The translations under genes and the position numbers were made by a program. From positions 9,216 through 73,215 of the forward strand of contig CAVPEL010000004.1 in NCBI GenBank assembly GCA_963703505.1: DNA of 64,000 nucleotides. The letters run 5' to 3'. The stretch's first letter is position 1; every line of letters starts with the position of its first letter. Origin of the DNA: an uncultured Actinomycetota bacterium (GTDB lineage: Bacteria > Actinomycetota > Actinomycetes > CAVPEL01). The notes under the pieces are model-generated. The model had not been told where the DNA came from. It worked only from the letters and a program-made list of their open reading frames with translations, and searched no databases. Shown one piece after another: positions 31,479 to 42,459 of the stretch.

Positions 31479-32508
31479 TCAGCCGTCGCGATGGCAGCTG
31501 CCGAGACCGAGCTCGTGCAGCCCGCGCAGGTCGCCGGCGCCGAACTGCACGAGACCCGTTCCACCCGCATACATCAGCTGCGCGGAGTCGTCGACGTGGT
31601 CCAGCCCCAGCACGTGGCCCAGCTCGTGCATGACGACCGTCCGAATGTAGCCAGTACTGAGCTGCCACTTGAGGGCGCCCAAGTCAGGGGCATCCAGCCA
31701 GATCGACCCCGTCACGAAGCGCAATGACCCGTCGCTATCGGAACCGAACATCTGTGGGCCGCCCAAGCCGACCACGTGTCCCGCCAGTCGCGGCGTCTCG
31801 ACTTCGTTGGACCAGGCGATGAGCACCGGCGCCCAGCGGTTGCCGTACCGGTCGACCTGGACCGGCGCGCGGTCCGCCGAAGGAGCCTCGTCGGTCGCCC
31901 CGTCGTCAACGAACGCCAGACCGGTCGCCTCGCTGACCGCGGCGATCGCCGCCACGATCTCCGCTTGGCCACCCGCGATCTCACCATTAGGCCGAACGAC
32001 GTAATGGATGGGACGACATGGGTCGAAAGCCACCGGCCGGCCGGACTTCGCCAGCACATGCATGAACTGATAGCCGCCGGTGCCCGCAGGTGCTGGAGCA
32101 GGAATGCCGAGCGGTCGGTCCGACGCATCGGCGGGCACCGGCGGTATGGAGAAACCTCGACTCCTTGTATGCAGCGTCGAGAAATGGTCGGAGCGCCGAG
32201 CGCGGAGCAGCCACGCTCGGTCCACCAAGCATGTCGCTGGCTCGCTCACGAAAGGTCAGGATCCCCACCAACGCGACAAGCACAACCAGAGCAGTCCCCA
32301 TCCGTTGTGAGCGACGTGGACCGGTTTGATGACGACGCTCAGGAAGTTGCGGCGCGTAGTAGTGGGAGCTTGCCCAGGCCTGTTGCGCGCGGGCGACCCG
32401 CTCCGCGGCGGACAACTCGGTGTACGGCGCAGCTCGCACGAAAGACTCGTCGAAGCCAAAGGTCTCCGAGCCGTCTCCACCGTCGGCGGACCCTGTCCCC
32501 CCAGCCAT
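31479..32508 (-). CDS. membrane-anchored matrixin-like zinc metalloprotease (one frameshift near 32130)
   Basis: A C-terminal HELGHVLGLDH zincin motif with a Met-turn region. An N-terminal TM helix (MGTALVVLVALVGIL) lies in another frame. Confidence 0.55.
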
Positions 32509-32651
32509 ACCAAGAATTTTAGTAGCCGGTAGGTGAGCGCGAGGGCAGAACGGCCAAACCCGTCAACTGCACCTACTAGGCTGAAGCACGGTAAATCACG
32601 TGTTGGGCGCGACAAAGACGGGACGCTTGCCACCGGTCGTAGACTGCCGCC

Positions 32652-33164
32652 ATGGCAGGCAGGGCATCGCCCGCAGCCGCGGGAGCGGTGGCAGCGTCGC
32701 GGGTCGGAGAGATCATGACGACGCCGGTCGTCTCCGTGCTCCCGGACACCCTTACCACCGAGATCGCCCAACAGTTGCGCCGGCACCACGTCAGCGGGGT
32801 GCCCGTCCTCGACGATGCTGGTGCGGTCGTCGGGTTGGTGAGCGAGTACGACCTGCTCGCCAAGGACGGCCACACCGCACGCGAGGTGATGACCACGTCA
32901 GTGGTCAGCGTCACCGAGGACACCGCCATCGACGACGTACGGCACCTGCTGGTGGAGCGACGGATCCGCCGCGTTCCGGTGCTGGCTGGCGGACGGCTCG
33001 TGGGGATCGTCAGCCGCGGCGACGTCGTCGCGCTGATGGCTACCGAATGGGTGTGCGAGGTGTGCGGCGAACCGGTCCGCGGTGAGCGCCCGCCCGAGGT
33101 CTGCCCGAAATGCAAGGGAAGCGGCGAGCGGTTCGTCCTGCAGGAACAACCGCCGGGGACCTGA
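32652..33164 (+). CDS. CBS-pair domain protein with C-terminal zinc ribbon
   Basis: Two CBS motifs (IMTTPVVSV..; VMTTSVVSV..) are followed by CEVCGEP...CPKCKG. Confidence 0.7.
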   Translation: MAGRASPAAAGAVAASRVGEIMTTPVVSVLPDTLTTEIAQQLRRHHVSGVPVLDDAGAVVGLVSEYDLLAKDGHTAREVMTTSVVSVTEDTAIDDVRHLLVERRIRRVPVLAGGRLVGIVSRGDVVALMATEWVCEVCGEPVRGERPPEVCPKCKGSGERFVLQEQPPGT

Positions 33165-33223
33165 CCGCATCGGACGTCGACGCTGCGTGAGCGGAACGCG
33201 TGCACCTCGAGGGGAGGACTGAG

Positions 33224-34326
33224 ATGGCCGGAAAAGCCCGCGCGGCAAAGGCGACGATGACGGCCAGCGAAGTCGGCCAGCCATCGCTGGGCGACGAGCC
33301 ACCGGACGTGCTGCGCGACTACTACCGCCAGATGGCGCTGATCCGCTCGTTCGAGCTGCGCGCCGGCGAGATGTACACCCGGGCCAAGATCGGCGGCTAC
33401 TGCCACCTCAACCTCGGTGAGGAAGCCACCGTCGTCGGGCTCATGGCCGCGCTGGAAGCCCGCGACTACCTGTTCACGACCTACCGCGATCACGGCTACG
33501 CCCTCGCTCGGGGAATGGGTGCGGGCCCGGTCATGGCCGAGCTGTTCGGCAAGACGACCGGGGTCTCCGGCGGGTGGGGCGGCTCGATGCACCTGTTCGA
33601 CACCAAGGTCCGGATGCTCGGCGGCTACGGCATCGTCGGCGGGCAGATCCCGCCGGCCACCGGCGCTGCGCTGGCACTGACCTACCGCGGTGAGCCCGGA
33701 CCCGACGCGGAAGCCGTGATGTGCCTGCTCGGCGACGGCACGACGAACATCGGCGCGTTCCACGAGTCGCTGAACCTGGCCGCGCTTGTGGCAGCTGCCG
33801 ATCGTGTACGTGATCATCAACAACCGGCTGGGCATGGGCACGCCGGTGGAGCGGGCCGCCGCCGAGCCCGACCTGTACAAGCGGGGCTGCTCCTACCGGA
33901 TGCCCGGGGTCCGGGTCGACGGCGACGACGTGCTGGCGGTGCGCGATGCCGCCCGCGACGCCCTGCACCGCGCTCGGACCGAGCAGGCAGCCGAGCCTGC
34001 TCGAGGCGGTGAGCTACCGACTGCGAGGCCACTCGGTGGTCGACCCGGCCCGCTACCGGTCGAAGGAGGAGACCGAGCGGCTGCGCGACCTCGACCCGCT
34101 GCCGAACTTCCGAGCCGAGCTGCTGGCAGCCGGGATCCTCGACGAGGCGGCTGCGCTGCGCATCGACACCGAAGCCGACGAGCAGGTCGACGCCGCCGTC
34201 GCGTTCGCCGACGCCAGCCCCGACCCGACGCCCGACCAGCTCTTCGCCCACGCGTATGCCACGCCGGTGGCCAACGCCCCCCACCAGCTGCCGGGCGAAC
34301 CCGTCGTTGCGGCTCATGCGCTCTAG
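33224..34326 (+). CDS. pdhA: pyruvate/acetoin dehydrogenase E1 component alpha subunit (two frameshifts, ~33785 and ~33960)
   Basis: The TPP-binding GDG...N motif ([20 protein letters not shown]) is present. [15 protein letters not shown] and [11 protein letters not shown] segments are in shifted frames. A GAGGGGAGG RBS precedes the start. Confidence 0.8.
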
Positions 34327-34347
34327 CCGGAGGAAGGAGGTCGGTCC

Positions 34348-35341
34348 ATGGCGGTGATCAGCTACCGGCAGGCGCTGAACGACACCTTGCGCGCCGAGCT
34401 GGCCCGCGACTCCAGCCGTGGTGCTGATCGGCGAAGAGATCGGGGTTTTCGAAGGCTCCTACAAGATCACCGCCGGGCTGCTCGCCGAGTTCGGCCCCAC
34501 CCGGGTGCTGGACACGCCCATCGCCGAGGAGGGCTTCGTCGGCGCGGCGGTGGGCGCCGCGATGCTCGGCCTGCGCCCGGTCGTGGAGATCATGACGATC
34601 AACTTCTCCCTGCTGGCGATCGACCAGATCGTCAACCACGCGGCCAAGATCCACTCCATGTTCGGCGGCCAGTCCTCGGTGCCCATGGTGATCCGCACCC
34701 CGGGCGGCGGCGGTCAGCAGCTGGCCGCCACGCACTCGCAGAACCTCGAGGTCTGGTACGCACACGTCCCCGGCCTGAAGGTGGTCGCGCCGGCCACGCC
34801 AGCCGATGCCAAGGCTCTGCTCACCGCGGCGATCCGCGACGACGACCCGGTCATCGTGCTGGAGAACCTGGCTCTGTACAACACCAAGGGCGAGGTTCCC
34901 GACGGCGAGCAGGTGGCCGAGATCGGCAGGGCTGGAGTGGTCAAGCCCGGAACCGACCTGACCGTCGTCTCCTACTCTCGCTCGACGGTGATCGCCCTTG
35001 ATGTCGCCCGGCAGCTCGACGAGGAGGGCGTGTCCGTCGAGGTGGTCGACCTGCGCAGCCTGCGCCCGCTCGACCGCGAGACGATCTGCGCGTCGGTGCG
35101 CAAGACCAGCCGGGCCGTCGTGCTGGAGGATGACTGGCTCACCTACGGCATCGGCGCGGAGATCGCCGCCACCATCGGCGAGGGCGCCTTCGACTACCTC
35201 GACGCACCGGTCCGCCGGGTCGCGGCCGCCGAGATCCCGCTGCCGTATGCCAAGCCGCTCGAGCTCGCCGCCCTGCCGGACGCCAGCACCCTGACCAAGG
35301 TCATCCGCGAGGTCCTCGACGCGACCCGGTTCACCCGGTAG
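34348..35341 (+). CDS. pdhB: pyruvate/acetoin dehydrogenase E1 component beta subunit (one frameshift near 34415)
   Basis: [18 protein letters not shown], then ...[21 protein letters not shown]...[14 protein letters not shown]..., and the transketolase C-terminal domain. Confidence 0.8.
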
Positions 35342-35349
35342 GAGACGCC

Positions 35350-36643
35350 ATGCCTGAGGTCCTCATGCCCCGCCTGTCCGACACGATGGCCGAGGGCGTG
35401 CTCAGCCTGTGGTTGAAGAAGGAGGGCGAGGCCGGTCCACAAGGGTGACGTGCTCGCCGAGATCGAGACCGACAAGGCCACGATGGAGCTGGAGGCCTAC
35501 GACAACGGCGTGCTGGAACGCTTGCTGGTGCCCGAGGGCGCGACCGTCCCCATCGGCCAACCCATTGCGGTCATCGGCGACGGCAGCGGGACTGCACCCG
35601 CCGCTCCCCCGCCACCCACTGCCTCGGCCGAATCGGCCCCTGCCGCTGCCACCACTGCACCCGAACCCCCATCCGCGCAGCCGGTCGCTCCCCCACCCGT
35701 CTCCTCACCCCCGTCCGGCCCGCCCGCCGGCCGCAGACGCGCGGCTCCGGACCTCGCCCCTCGCCCGCGCGATCGCCCGCGACCACGACATCGACCTGGC
35801 CACTGTCGTCGGCACGGGGCCCGGTGGCCGGATCGTCCGCGCCGATGTCGAGGCGGCCATCACAGCCGCCGAGGCTCAGCCGCCGACGCCGCCGAGCCAG
35901 CCAATAGCTGGCGCTGCTCCCCCAGCCGGGCGCGCCCCTCGCTGCGGCACCAGCGGGCCTTCAGGCCGACGTCGAGGAAGTCCCACTCACCACGATCCGC
36001 CGCGTCACAGCGCGCCGGCTCACCGAGAGCGCCGCCGTACCGCACTTCTTCCTCACCAGCGTCGTCGACGCCGACGGGCTGCTCGCGTTTCGCACCGAGG
36101 TCAACGAGCAGCTGGCACCCGGATGGCACCAAGGTCAGCGTGACCGACCTGCTGGTCCGGGCGTGCGCGGTCGACGTTGCAGGCGCACCCGCAGGTCAAC
36201 TCCTCCTGGGGTGGGGACAAGATCGTGCGGCACCGTCGAATCCACGTCGGCATCGCGGTCGCGATCGACGACGGGCTGATCGTCCCGGTCGTCCGCGACG
36301 CCGACCGCAAGCGCCTCGGCGAGATCGCCACCGAGGCCCGCGAGCTGGCACAGCGCGCCCGCGCAGGCCGGCTTACCCCGGACGAGTTCACCGGTGGCAC
36401 CTTCACCCTCAGCAACCTGGGCATGTTCGGCATCGACAACTTCACCGCGGTCATCAACCCACCAGAAGCGGCCATCCTCGCCGTCGGGGCCGGCATCAAG
36501 GAGCCGGTCGTCCGCGACGGGCAGGTGGTCGTGCGTACGACGATCAAACTCACCTTGACGGTCGACCACCGCGTCCTCGACGGCGCCACCGCCGCCGCGT
36601 TCCTGCGCGACCTCAAGAGCGTCGATCGAGACGCCGTTGCGGA
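35350..36643 (+). CDS. dihydrolipoamide acyltransferase E2 component (at least 5 frameshifts)
   Basis: A lipoyl domain (MPRLSDTMAEGVLSLWLKKEGE...EIETDKATMELEA), a Pro/Ala-rich linker, a PSBD (PLARAIARDHDIDLATVVGTGPGGRIVRADV) and a catalytic domain (DHRVLDGATAAAFLRDLKSV..IETPLRIVV*) are scattered over all three forward frames. Confidence 0.75.
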
Positions 36644-36706
36644 TCGTCGTCTGAGAGTCCGGCCTTCCGGGCAGCGATCCGCCGCGCAGTCAGGCGTCAC
36701 TTTCGA

Positions 36707-37366
36707 TCATGCTGTGGTCGGTTCGCCACCAAGGTACGCGCGTGCCATGGAGCGGACTTGGTCGTCGGGGTCGACGAGGCGGGCACGAAGAGTGGCGTCA
36801 ATCGTGTCCGCCGCCACATGAAGGTCTTCGGTGAGCCCGGATAGCGCGTAGTACCGAACATCGGCATCGTCGTCGGCGGTCAGATGCTCTAGTGCGTGCC
36901 GAACGGTGGCATCGCCGTCGGGTCCACTAGTCAAACTCGGCAGAGCGGCGGCAACGTGGAATCGCACGAAGACATCGGGGTGACGAACAAAAGACGCGAT
37001 CTTCGGAATGGCCTGCGGCGCGGGCTGGTAACCAAGCGCGGAGATCGCCCACGCGACTACCACCGGATCATTCTCCGCATCGAGCAGGTCCAGCAGGAGT
37101 GGGGTCGCCTCGGCCTTGTACGTCCGGTCCGCTGACTCGTCCCCCGGCGCAGGTCCTAATTCACGTAGGACGCGGGCGCCGAGCTGGCGGTCAATGGGGT
37201 CGCCGCTGCCGAGAAGGCTCGCTGCGGTATCAAAGACGTAGCGAGTCGGCCGGCAATGGAGCGCCACCAAACACACCGGGACGGTGTCCTCGTCGCGGAC
37301 GATCTCCTCACGCGCCAGGGCGAACAGCTCCCCGCTCGACAAGTCATTCTCCGGCCCAAGTTCCAT
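36707..37366 (-). CDS. HEAT repeat domain protein
   Basis: Repeated DxxVRxxAxxAL helical repeats (DPVVVAWAISALG; DVFVRFHVAAAL; DADVRYYALSGL). A GGGAGAG RBS lies before the ATG at 37366. Confidence 0.55.
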   Translation of the reverse strand: MELGPENDLSSGELFALAREEIVRDEDTVPVCLVALHCRPTRYVFDTAASLLGSGDPIDRQLGARVLRELGPAPGDESADRTYKAEATPLLLDLLDAENDPVVVAWAISALGYQPAPQAIPKIASFVRHPDVFVRFHVAAALPSLTSGPDGDATVRHALEHLTADDDADVRYYALSGLTEDLHVAADTIDATLRARLVDPDDQVRSMARAYLGGEPTTA

Positions 37367-37431
37367 CGTCGTACTCTCCCAGGTCATCCAGTGGAGATCG
37401 GACCTTTGATGCCGCACCTCTAGAGCCGCTG

Positions 37432-37794
37432 TCAGCCTCGAATCATTTCGGCAATGACCACGGCCTCGCTGATATCCGCGCGCTTGGTGGCGGTCAGCAA
37501 CGTCACCGTCCGCTCCGTTGCCAACTCCCGCAGGTGCTGCAAGGCCTTCGAGCGTTCGGGTTCTTCGAGTTCGGCCCGATAGCGACGGTCGAATTCTGCG
37601 AACCGCTCCGGATCGTGGCCGTACCACTTGCGCAACTCCGTCGATGGCGCCACGTCCTTGCACCACTCATCGAGGTGGGCCGCCTCCTTGGTCATCCCGC
37701 GCGGCCAGATCCGGTCCACCAAGACCCGGGCGCCGTCCTGCGGTCCCGGCTGCTCATAGACCCGAGCCACCCGCACATCGACCTTGCTCGCCAT
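37432..37794 (-). CDS. DUF488 family protein
   Basis: MASKVDVRVARVYE...RVLVDRIWPRGMTKEAAHLDEWCKDVAPSTELRKWYGHDPERF is the DUF488 signature. An AGGAGG RBS is present. Confidence 0.6.
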   Translation of the reverse strand: MASKVDVRVARVYEQPGPQDGARVLVDRIWPRGMTKEAAHLDEWCKDVAPSTELRKWYGHDPERFAEFDRRYRAELEEPERSKALQHLRELATERTVTLLTATKRADISEAVVIAEMIRG

Positions 37795-37874
37795 CGTCCG
37801 CCTCCTGAGCTCCTCTTCATTAGATCGCGGGCTGTCTGCGTTCCCACTCCTCGCGGCGCCGCTCGTACTCGACG

Positions 37875-38063
37875 TCACCGTGCGCCGAACCTTCGATGAC
37901 CTGGGGTCGCCGTTCCACCGTTGAGGAAGCGCATGACGTCCGGGTCGCTGTCCAGGCCGACGAGGTCGTCGACGTCGGCAATGGTGAACCGGCGCAGCAC
38001 CAGGCGATCGGTCTCCAGGAAGGTCTGCATCAGGCATCCGTCTTGTCGGTCGGGCTGGCGCAC
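37875..38063 (-). pseudogene. GNAT (RimJ/RimL-like) N-acetyltransferase N-terminal fragment
   Basis: Only ~62 aa are present: ETDRLVLRRFTIADVDDLVGLDSDPDVMRFLNGG matches the N-terminal beta-strand region of GNATs. The remaining acetyl-CoA-binding core is absent. Confidence 0.35.
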
Positions 38064-38082
38064 TCGGTGAGCTGATCAGGCC

Positions 38083-38223
38083 TCAGTCGTCAGTGATCAA
38101 CGCCCCGCAGGCCGAGCAGTGGGTCGGCGGCTCCTCGTCGGCGAGCCGGCCGCACTCGGGGCAAACCCGGTTCAGCCAGCAGACCGGGTCGCCGCCCTCC
38201 CGCTCAGGTGAGAATTCGGCCAT
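38083..38223 (-). CDS. small CxxC-CxxC zinc-ribbon protein (46 aa), absent from the ORF track (<60 aa)
   Basis: MAEFSPEREGGDPVCWLNRVCPECGRLADEEPPTHCSACGALITDD*. A GGGAGG RBS lies 6 nt upstream and GC3 bias is strong. Confidence 0.4.
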   Translation of the reverse strand: MAEFSPEREGGDPVCWLNRVCPECGRLADEEPPTHCSACGALITDD

Positions 38224-38340
38224 GAGTCCTCCCTGATCGCAAGGCCGCTACCCGCTACTGTCCCCCACGAATGGGCCCGGTGCATCACCCACCCCGCCGC
38301 CGGCTTCGAACAGCCGACGCCGGCATCGGGATCTTGCCCG

Positions 38341-40420
38341 TCACTGGAGGCACGAACACCTCGCCATCAACCCGTTCGCATGGTCGAGGTAGGGGTCCAC
38401 GGCGCCGGCAATCAGCTGGGCATAGAGCTGCTGGCCACTGGGACCCGGATGGATGCCGTCCGGGTAGAACAAGCCCGGTCTGCCAGCACTCGCCGACTGC
38501 CAGTCGACCTCAACCGCGTTGCGGTAACGGCTGACTCCCGTAGCGATCACGGCGTTGTCGAACTCCTCCCAGCTGCGTGCCACGTGAAGGTTGACGAACA
38601 CGACCGTGCGGGCCTGGGACAACGTCTGCATGATCTGGTCGAACTGGGCGGCTTTGAACAGGCCGTTGGTGCCGAGTGCGACGACGACGACACAGCCGAC
38701 CTGGTGGGCACCGACCTCATCCCGCAGCGCAGCGATCCCACCCTTGACCTGCATCCCGACGTCCGCGTCAACGTAGGCGAGCTGGGGAACCGCCCGTCGC
38801 AGCGCCGGAAGGGCTGCGAGCAGCACCGAGTCCCCGACGGCACTGACAGTGGCGCACTCAGCCTCGCCGCTGGTGGGCGTGGCCGCCTGCTGGGGGCCGA
38901 CAGGTGCCGAGGCGGTGGGCGGTGCACCCGATGGATTCCGGTCGTACCGATGGCGTACTCGGAGGCGAACTCACCGGTGGCATCACCGGGGGACCCGCGC
39001 CCGGATGCTGGCTGGCCGCAGGAGTCGGCGTGCCCTGGGGCGGGGCCGTCAGCGGCCGGCTCGATGCCGAGGTCACCGGGCCGTGGATGTCGTGCAGGTT
39101 CGCGAGATAGCCGGGTGGCGCGCCGGGCGCAGCTGCCACGAGGGCGGCGATGAGTACGACCGTCGGCAGCGTCAGGGCCGCCCCGCCGATCCACTCTCTC
39201 CTCAGCAGGGCCGTCCGCGGCCGGCTACCGGCGTTCTTCACCGCACGCCACGTTCGCCCGAGAGCCCCGGCGCGGACCGGAACCTCCAGGTACCGGTAGG
39301 ACACCTCCGCCACGGCCAAGGTGACGATCACGCGGAGGGGAAACGCGACCCATTGACCTCCGGGCAGGTCGATACCGGGTCTGGTGAGGGTGAAGATCGG
39401 CCAGTGCCAGAGGTAGATGCCGTAGGACCGCACACCGACCCAGCGCAGCGGTGGCGCCTCGAGCAGGTGACCGAGAAGACCGACAGGCTCCGCGACAGCG
39501 GCCACGATGAGGGCCGCGGTGGCGATATCGACGACGCCGAAGCCGCCGCGGTAGGTGAAGGTGGCGGACTGTCCCCACCGGGCGAAGGCGTAGATGAGGA
39601 CGAGAAGCCCGACCACGCCGATGAGCTGACGGATCCCACGCCAGGCCACCAGCGCGCCGCCTGCCGGGCGGGCTGCGGCCGCTCGCGCGCCGACCGGGCC
39701 GACGAGGAGTGCGAGCCCCGCGCCGATGAGCAATCCTGAGGCGCGGGTATCGGTGCCGTAGTAGACAAGCGAGGGGTCCGACGCTGGCTGGTAGAGCACC
39801 GCCATGAGCGCGAGGGAGGCCGCCGCGCCGGCCACCGCGACCGCGCCGACCCAGCGACGCCGGAGGACCCTCAGCCCGCCGACGAGCAGCAGCGGCCAGA
39901 GAAGGTAGAACTGCTCCTCGATGGCCAGCGACCACAGGTGACCGAACGGCGAAGGCCGGCCGAGCACCTGGAAGTACGACTGGTTCTGGACGATGAACCA
40001 CCAGTTGGTGACGTAGCCGGCGGCGGCCGCCGCATCGCCCCGGACCTCGGTGACAGCACCCGGCAGAAAGATCACCCAGACGGCGAGGGTGACCATGAGC
40101 ACGGCGAACAACGCGGGCAGCAGCCGGCGCGCCCGGCGCATCCAAAAGGCTCGCAACCGGACCCGCCCTCGCAGGTCGTACTCTCGCGCCAGCAGCGTGG
40201 TGATGAGGAAACCGCTGAGGACGAAGAAGATCTCGACCCCGAAGAACCCACCCTGGGCCCAGCCGAACCCGCAGTGGTAGGCCAGGACGGCGATCACCGC
40301 CAGCGCTCGGATCCCGTCGAGTCCGACCAAGAAGTGTGGGTGCTGCCTCGAATCGATCGCTGCCACGAACAACCCTCGATCCTGCGTGACCTTCAGGTGG
40401 ATGAGCTTCCACCGAGGCAC
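38341..40420 (-). CDS. OafA/YrhL-type acyltransferase-3 membrane domain fused to C-terminal SGNH hydrolase domain (one frameshift near 38850)
   Basis: An N-terminal 10-TM AT3 domain (LDGIRALAVIAVLAYHCGF...FFVLSGFLIT...) and a C-terminal SGNH domain (VVVALGTNGLF...; DGIHPG) lie in adjacent frames. Confidence 0.7.
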
Positions 40421-40518
40421 GCGGGCTCGCGAGCGGGCACGCCTCAGTTGTCCGCGGGTCTACGTCGAGCTCGTCGGGTCATCAAGCAACACCTACCCGC
40501 CAGAGCCGTCGACGCACC

Positions 40519-41286
40519 TCACCCGACCTGGGCGGCCAGCCCGATCGCCAGCTGGCGCAACGCCGCCATCTGCTGGCCGAACAGGCGGGTGCCGTAGCTG
40601 ACCCGCGCCACGCCCAAGGCGGCGGCCGCGTCGAGCGGCGCCCCGCCCAACGGCCACAAGACGTTGACCGGCGCGTCCGTCTCCCCGACGAACTGCGCGA
40701 TCGTGTCGTGGTCGGCCAAGCCGATCGGGTACACGCAGTCGGCACCGGCGGCGCGGTACAGGTCGGCCCGCTGTCGCGCATCGTGCAGCCGGTCCCGCTC
40801 CTCCCCCGGATGCAGCCAGGAGTCGATGCGGGCATTGAGCACCACGTCGACGCCAGCGACCTGGGCGGCACCCCGGATTGCCGCGAGCCGTTCGGCCTGC
40901 GCTTGGGGGTCGACCCGTGCGCCCGCGCGGTGATCGGTGTCCTCGATGTTGCAGCCGACCGCACCCGCCTCGAGCAGGCGGGCGACGAGCTCATCTGCGG
41001 CGAGGTGGTATCCGGCCTCGAGGTCGGCGGTGACCGGGACGTCGACCACCCGGCAGATCCGGGCCAGCGCTGCGAACATCTCGTCGGCCGGCGCCCCCTC
41101 GTGGTCGGCGTAGCCGAGGGTCGCCGCGACGGCTCCGCTGCTGGTGGCCACGACGCCGAACCCCGCCGCCACCACGCTCGTGGCGCTGGCGGCGTCCCAG
41201 ATGTTGGGGAGCACCAGTGGCCGACCAGGTACGTGCAGTGCCCGTAGTCGGCCCGCGTGGTCAGCCGCGCGGTCGAACGCGCTCAC
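40519..41286 (-). CDS. isocitrate lyase/PEP mutase superfamily protein (2-methylisocitrate lyase / carboxyvinyl-carboxyphosphonate phosphorylmutase-like)
   Basis: LVLPNIWDAASATSVVAAGF...GCNIED... is the ICL/PEPM TIM-barrel signature. Confidence 0.75.
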   Translation of the reverse strand: MSAFDRAADHAGRLRALHVPGRPLVLPNIWDAASATSVVAAGFGVVATSSGAVAATLGYADHEGAPADEMFAALARICRVVDVPVTADLEAGYHLAADELVARLLEAGAVGCNIEDTDHRAGARVDPQAQAERLAAIRGAAQVAGVDVVLNARIDSWLHPGEERDRLHDARQRADLYRAAGADCVYPIGLADHDTIAQFVGETDAPVNVLWPLGGAPLDAAAALGVARVSYGTRLFGQQMAALRQLAIGLAAQVG

Positions 41287-41337
41287 CGCGCACGCTCAGG
41301 CCGTGCGACCGACTCGCCGACTCGGGGAGCCCGACGA

Positions 41338-41679
41338 TCAGGCACGGCCTGACGCTTCGCCCATGGCATGCAGCGCCAGCGTGGAATGCGCGTAGGCGCC
41401 ACCAGCGCGCATCTCCGCCGCCACCCAGATCGCCTCCATGATTTCCTCTGGACTTGCCCCTTTGCGGCGAGCCAGCCGGGTGTGTCCGTTGATGCAGTAG
41501 GGGCACTGCGTGACGTGCGCGACCGCCACAGCGATCAGCTGCTTGGTCTTCTCCGGGAGGGCGCCGTCCGCGAAGACGGCGCGGCTGAAGCTCTCGAACG
41601 CCTCGTGGATGCCGGGCGCGAGCTCCTTGCGGCGTGCTGCCAGCTCGGGCGTGGTCGGGTGGTAGACGGTCTCAACCAT
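41338..41679 (-). CDS. carboxymuconolactone decarboxylase (AhpD-like) family peroxidase-related protein
   Basis: AhpD core with CxxxH (VTQCPYCINGHT). Confidence 0.75.
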   Translation of the reverse strand: MVETVYHPTTPELAARRKELAPGIHEAFESFSRAVFADGALPEKTKQLIAVAVAHVTQCPYCINGHTRLARRKGASPEEIMEAIWVAAEMRAGGAYAHSTLALHAMGEASGRA

Positions 41680-41711
41680 CGGTCCTCTTCCCCTATGCAG
41701 GTCTCCTCATT

Positions 41712-41745
41712 TGTTTTTACTACTGATTCAAGTAAATTGTAAGTG
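41712..41745. promoter_or_regulatory. AT-rich motif copy A (TTTTTACTAC-N9-AGTAAATTG) between the AhpD-like gene and the HTH regulator
   Basis: It shares the 10-mer TTTTTACTAC and GTAAATT with copy C. It contains the inverted repeat TTTACT-N9-AGTAAA. It lies 33-66 bp upstream of the AhpD-like start. Confidence 0.3.
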
Positions 41746-41808
41746 TGCGCGTTTCTCAGCCGCCGGGCCGAATGAGCGGCGCCGACCTCCCGCAGCGGGC
41801 GCGGCGTA

Positions 41809-42459
41809 GTGCTGGCTGGGGTCAGCCGCAGCGCCGTGTTGGAGGCGCTGCGCGCCGCGGAGACCCCACTGCCGATCGCCGAGCTGGCCAGCCGCGTCGA
41901 CCTCCATCCCAACACCGTCCGCTGGCACCTCGACCAGCTCGTCGAAGCAGGGTGGGTGTCCTGCGAGACCGAGACCCGCGCCCGCCCAGGTCGACCGCGC
42001 CTGCTGTACGCGGCGCTCGCCGGTCCGCCCGGTTCGGCAGACGACGACCGACCCGGGCACGGGTACCGGCTGCTCGCCGACATCTTGGCCGGTTACCTCG
42101 CTCAGACGGACCCGGATCCGGCCACCGCGGCGACCCAGGCGGGTCGCGCCTGGGGCGGCTATCTCATCGATTCGCCAGCGCCGTTCGCCCGGCTCGATGC
42201 CGACCAGGCCAGGGGACGAGTGACCGAGCTGTTCGACGAGCTCGGCTTCGCCCCCGAGGCGGATCCCACGGGCAACGGCATCACCCTTCACGCCTGCCCG
42301 TTCCACGACGTCGCCCAGTCCCATCCGGACGTGGTGTGCGCGATCCACCTCGGCCTGATCCAGGGCGCGCTCACCGAGCTGGGGGTCGAGGAGGCCACCG
42401 CAAGGTTGGAGCCCTTCGTCACCCCGTCAGAGTGCCGGGCCTACGTCGGACCCGAGTGA
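41809..42459 (+). CDS. helix-turn-helix (ArsR/HTH_20-like) transcriptional regulator with C-terminal domain
   Basis: The N-terminal winged HTH (SAVLEALRAAETPLPIAELASRVDLHPNTVRWHLDQLVEAGWV) is divergent from the AhpD-like gene. Confidence 0.6.
   Translation: MLAGVSRSAVLEALRAAETPLPIAELASRVDLHPNTVRWHLDQLVEAGWVSCETETRARPGRPRLLYAALAGPPGSADDDRPGHGYRLLADILAGYLAQTDPDPATAATQAGRAWGGYLIDSPAPFARLDADQARGRVTELFDELGFAPEADPTGNGITLHACPFHDVAQSHPDVVCAIHLGLIQGALTELGVEEATARLEPFVTPSECRAYVGPE

Noticed and set aside
32576-33880. 434-aa minus-strand ORF antisense to the CBS gene and pdhA
   Set aside because: The opposing plus-strand genes are conserved, and the composition is Arg/Ser/Thr-rich low complexity.
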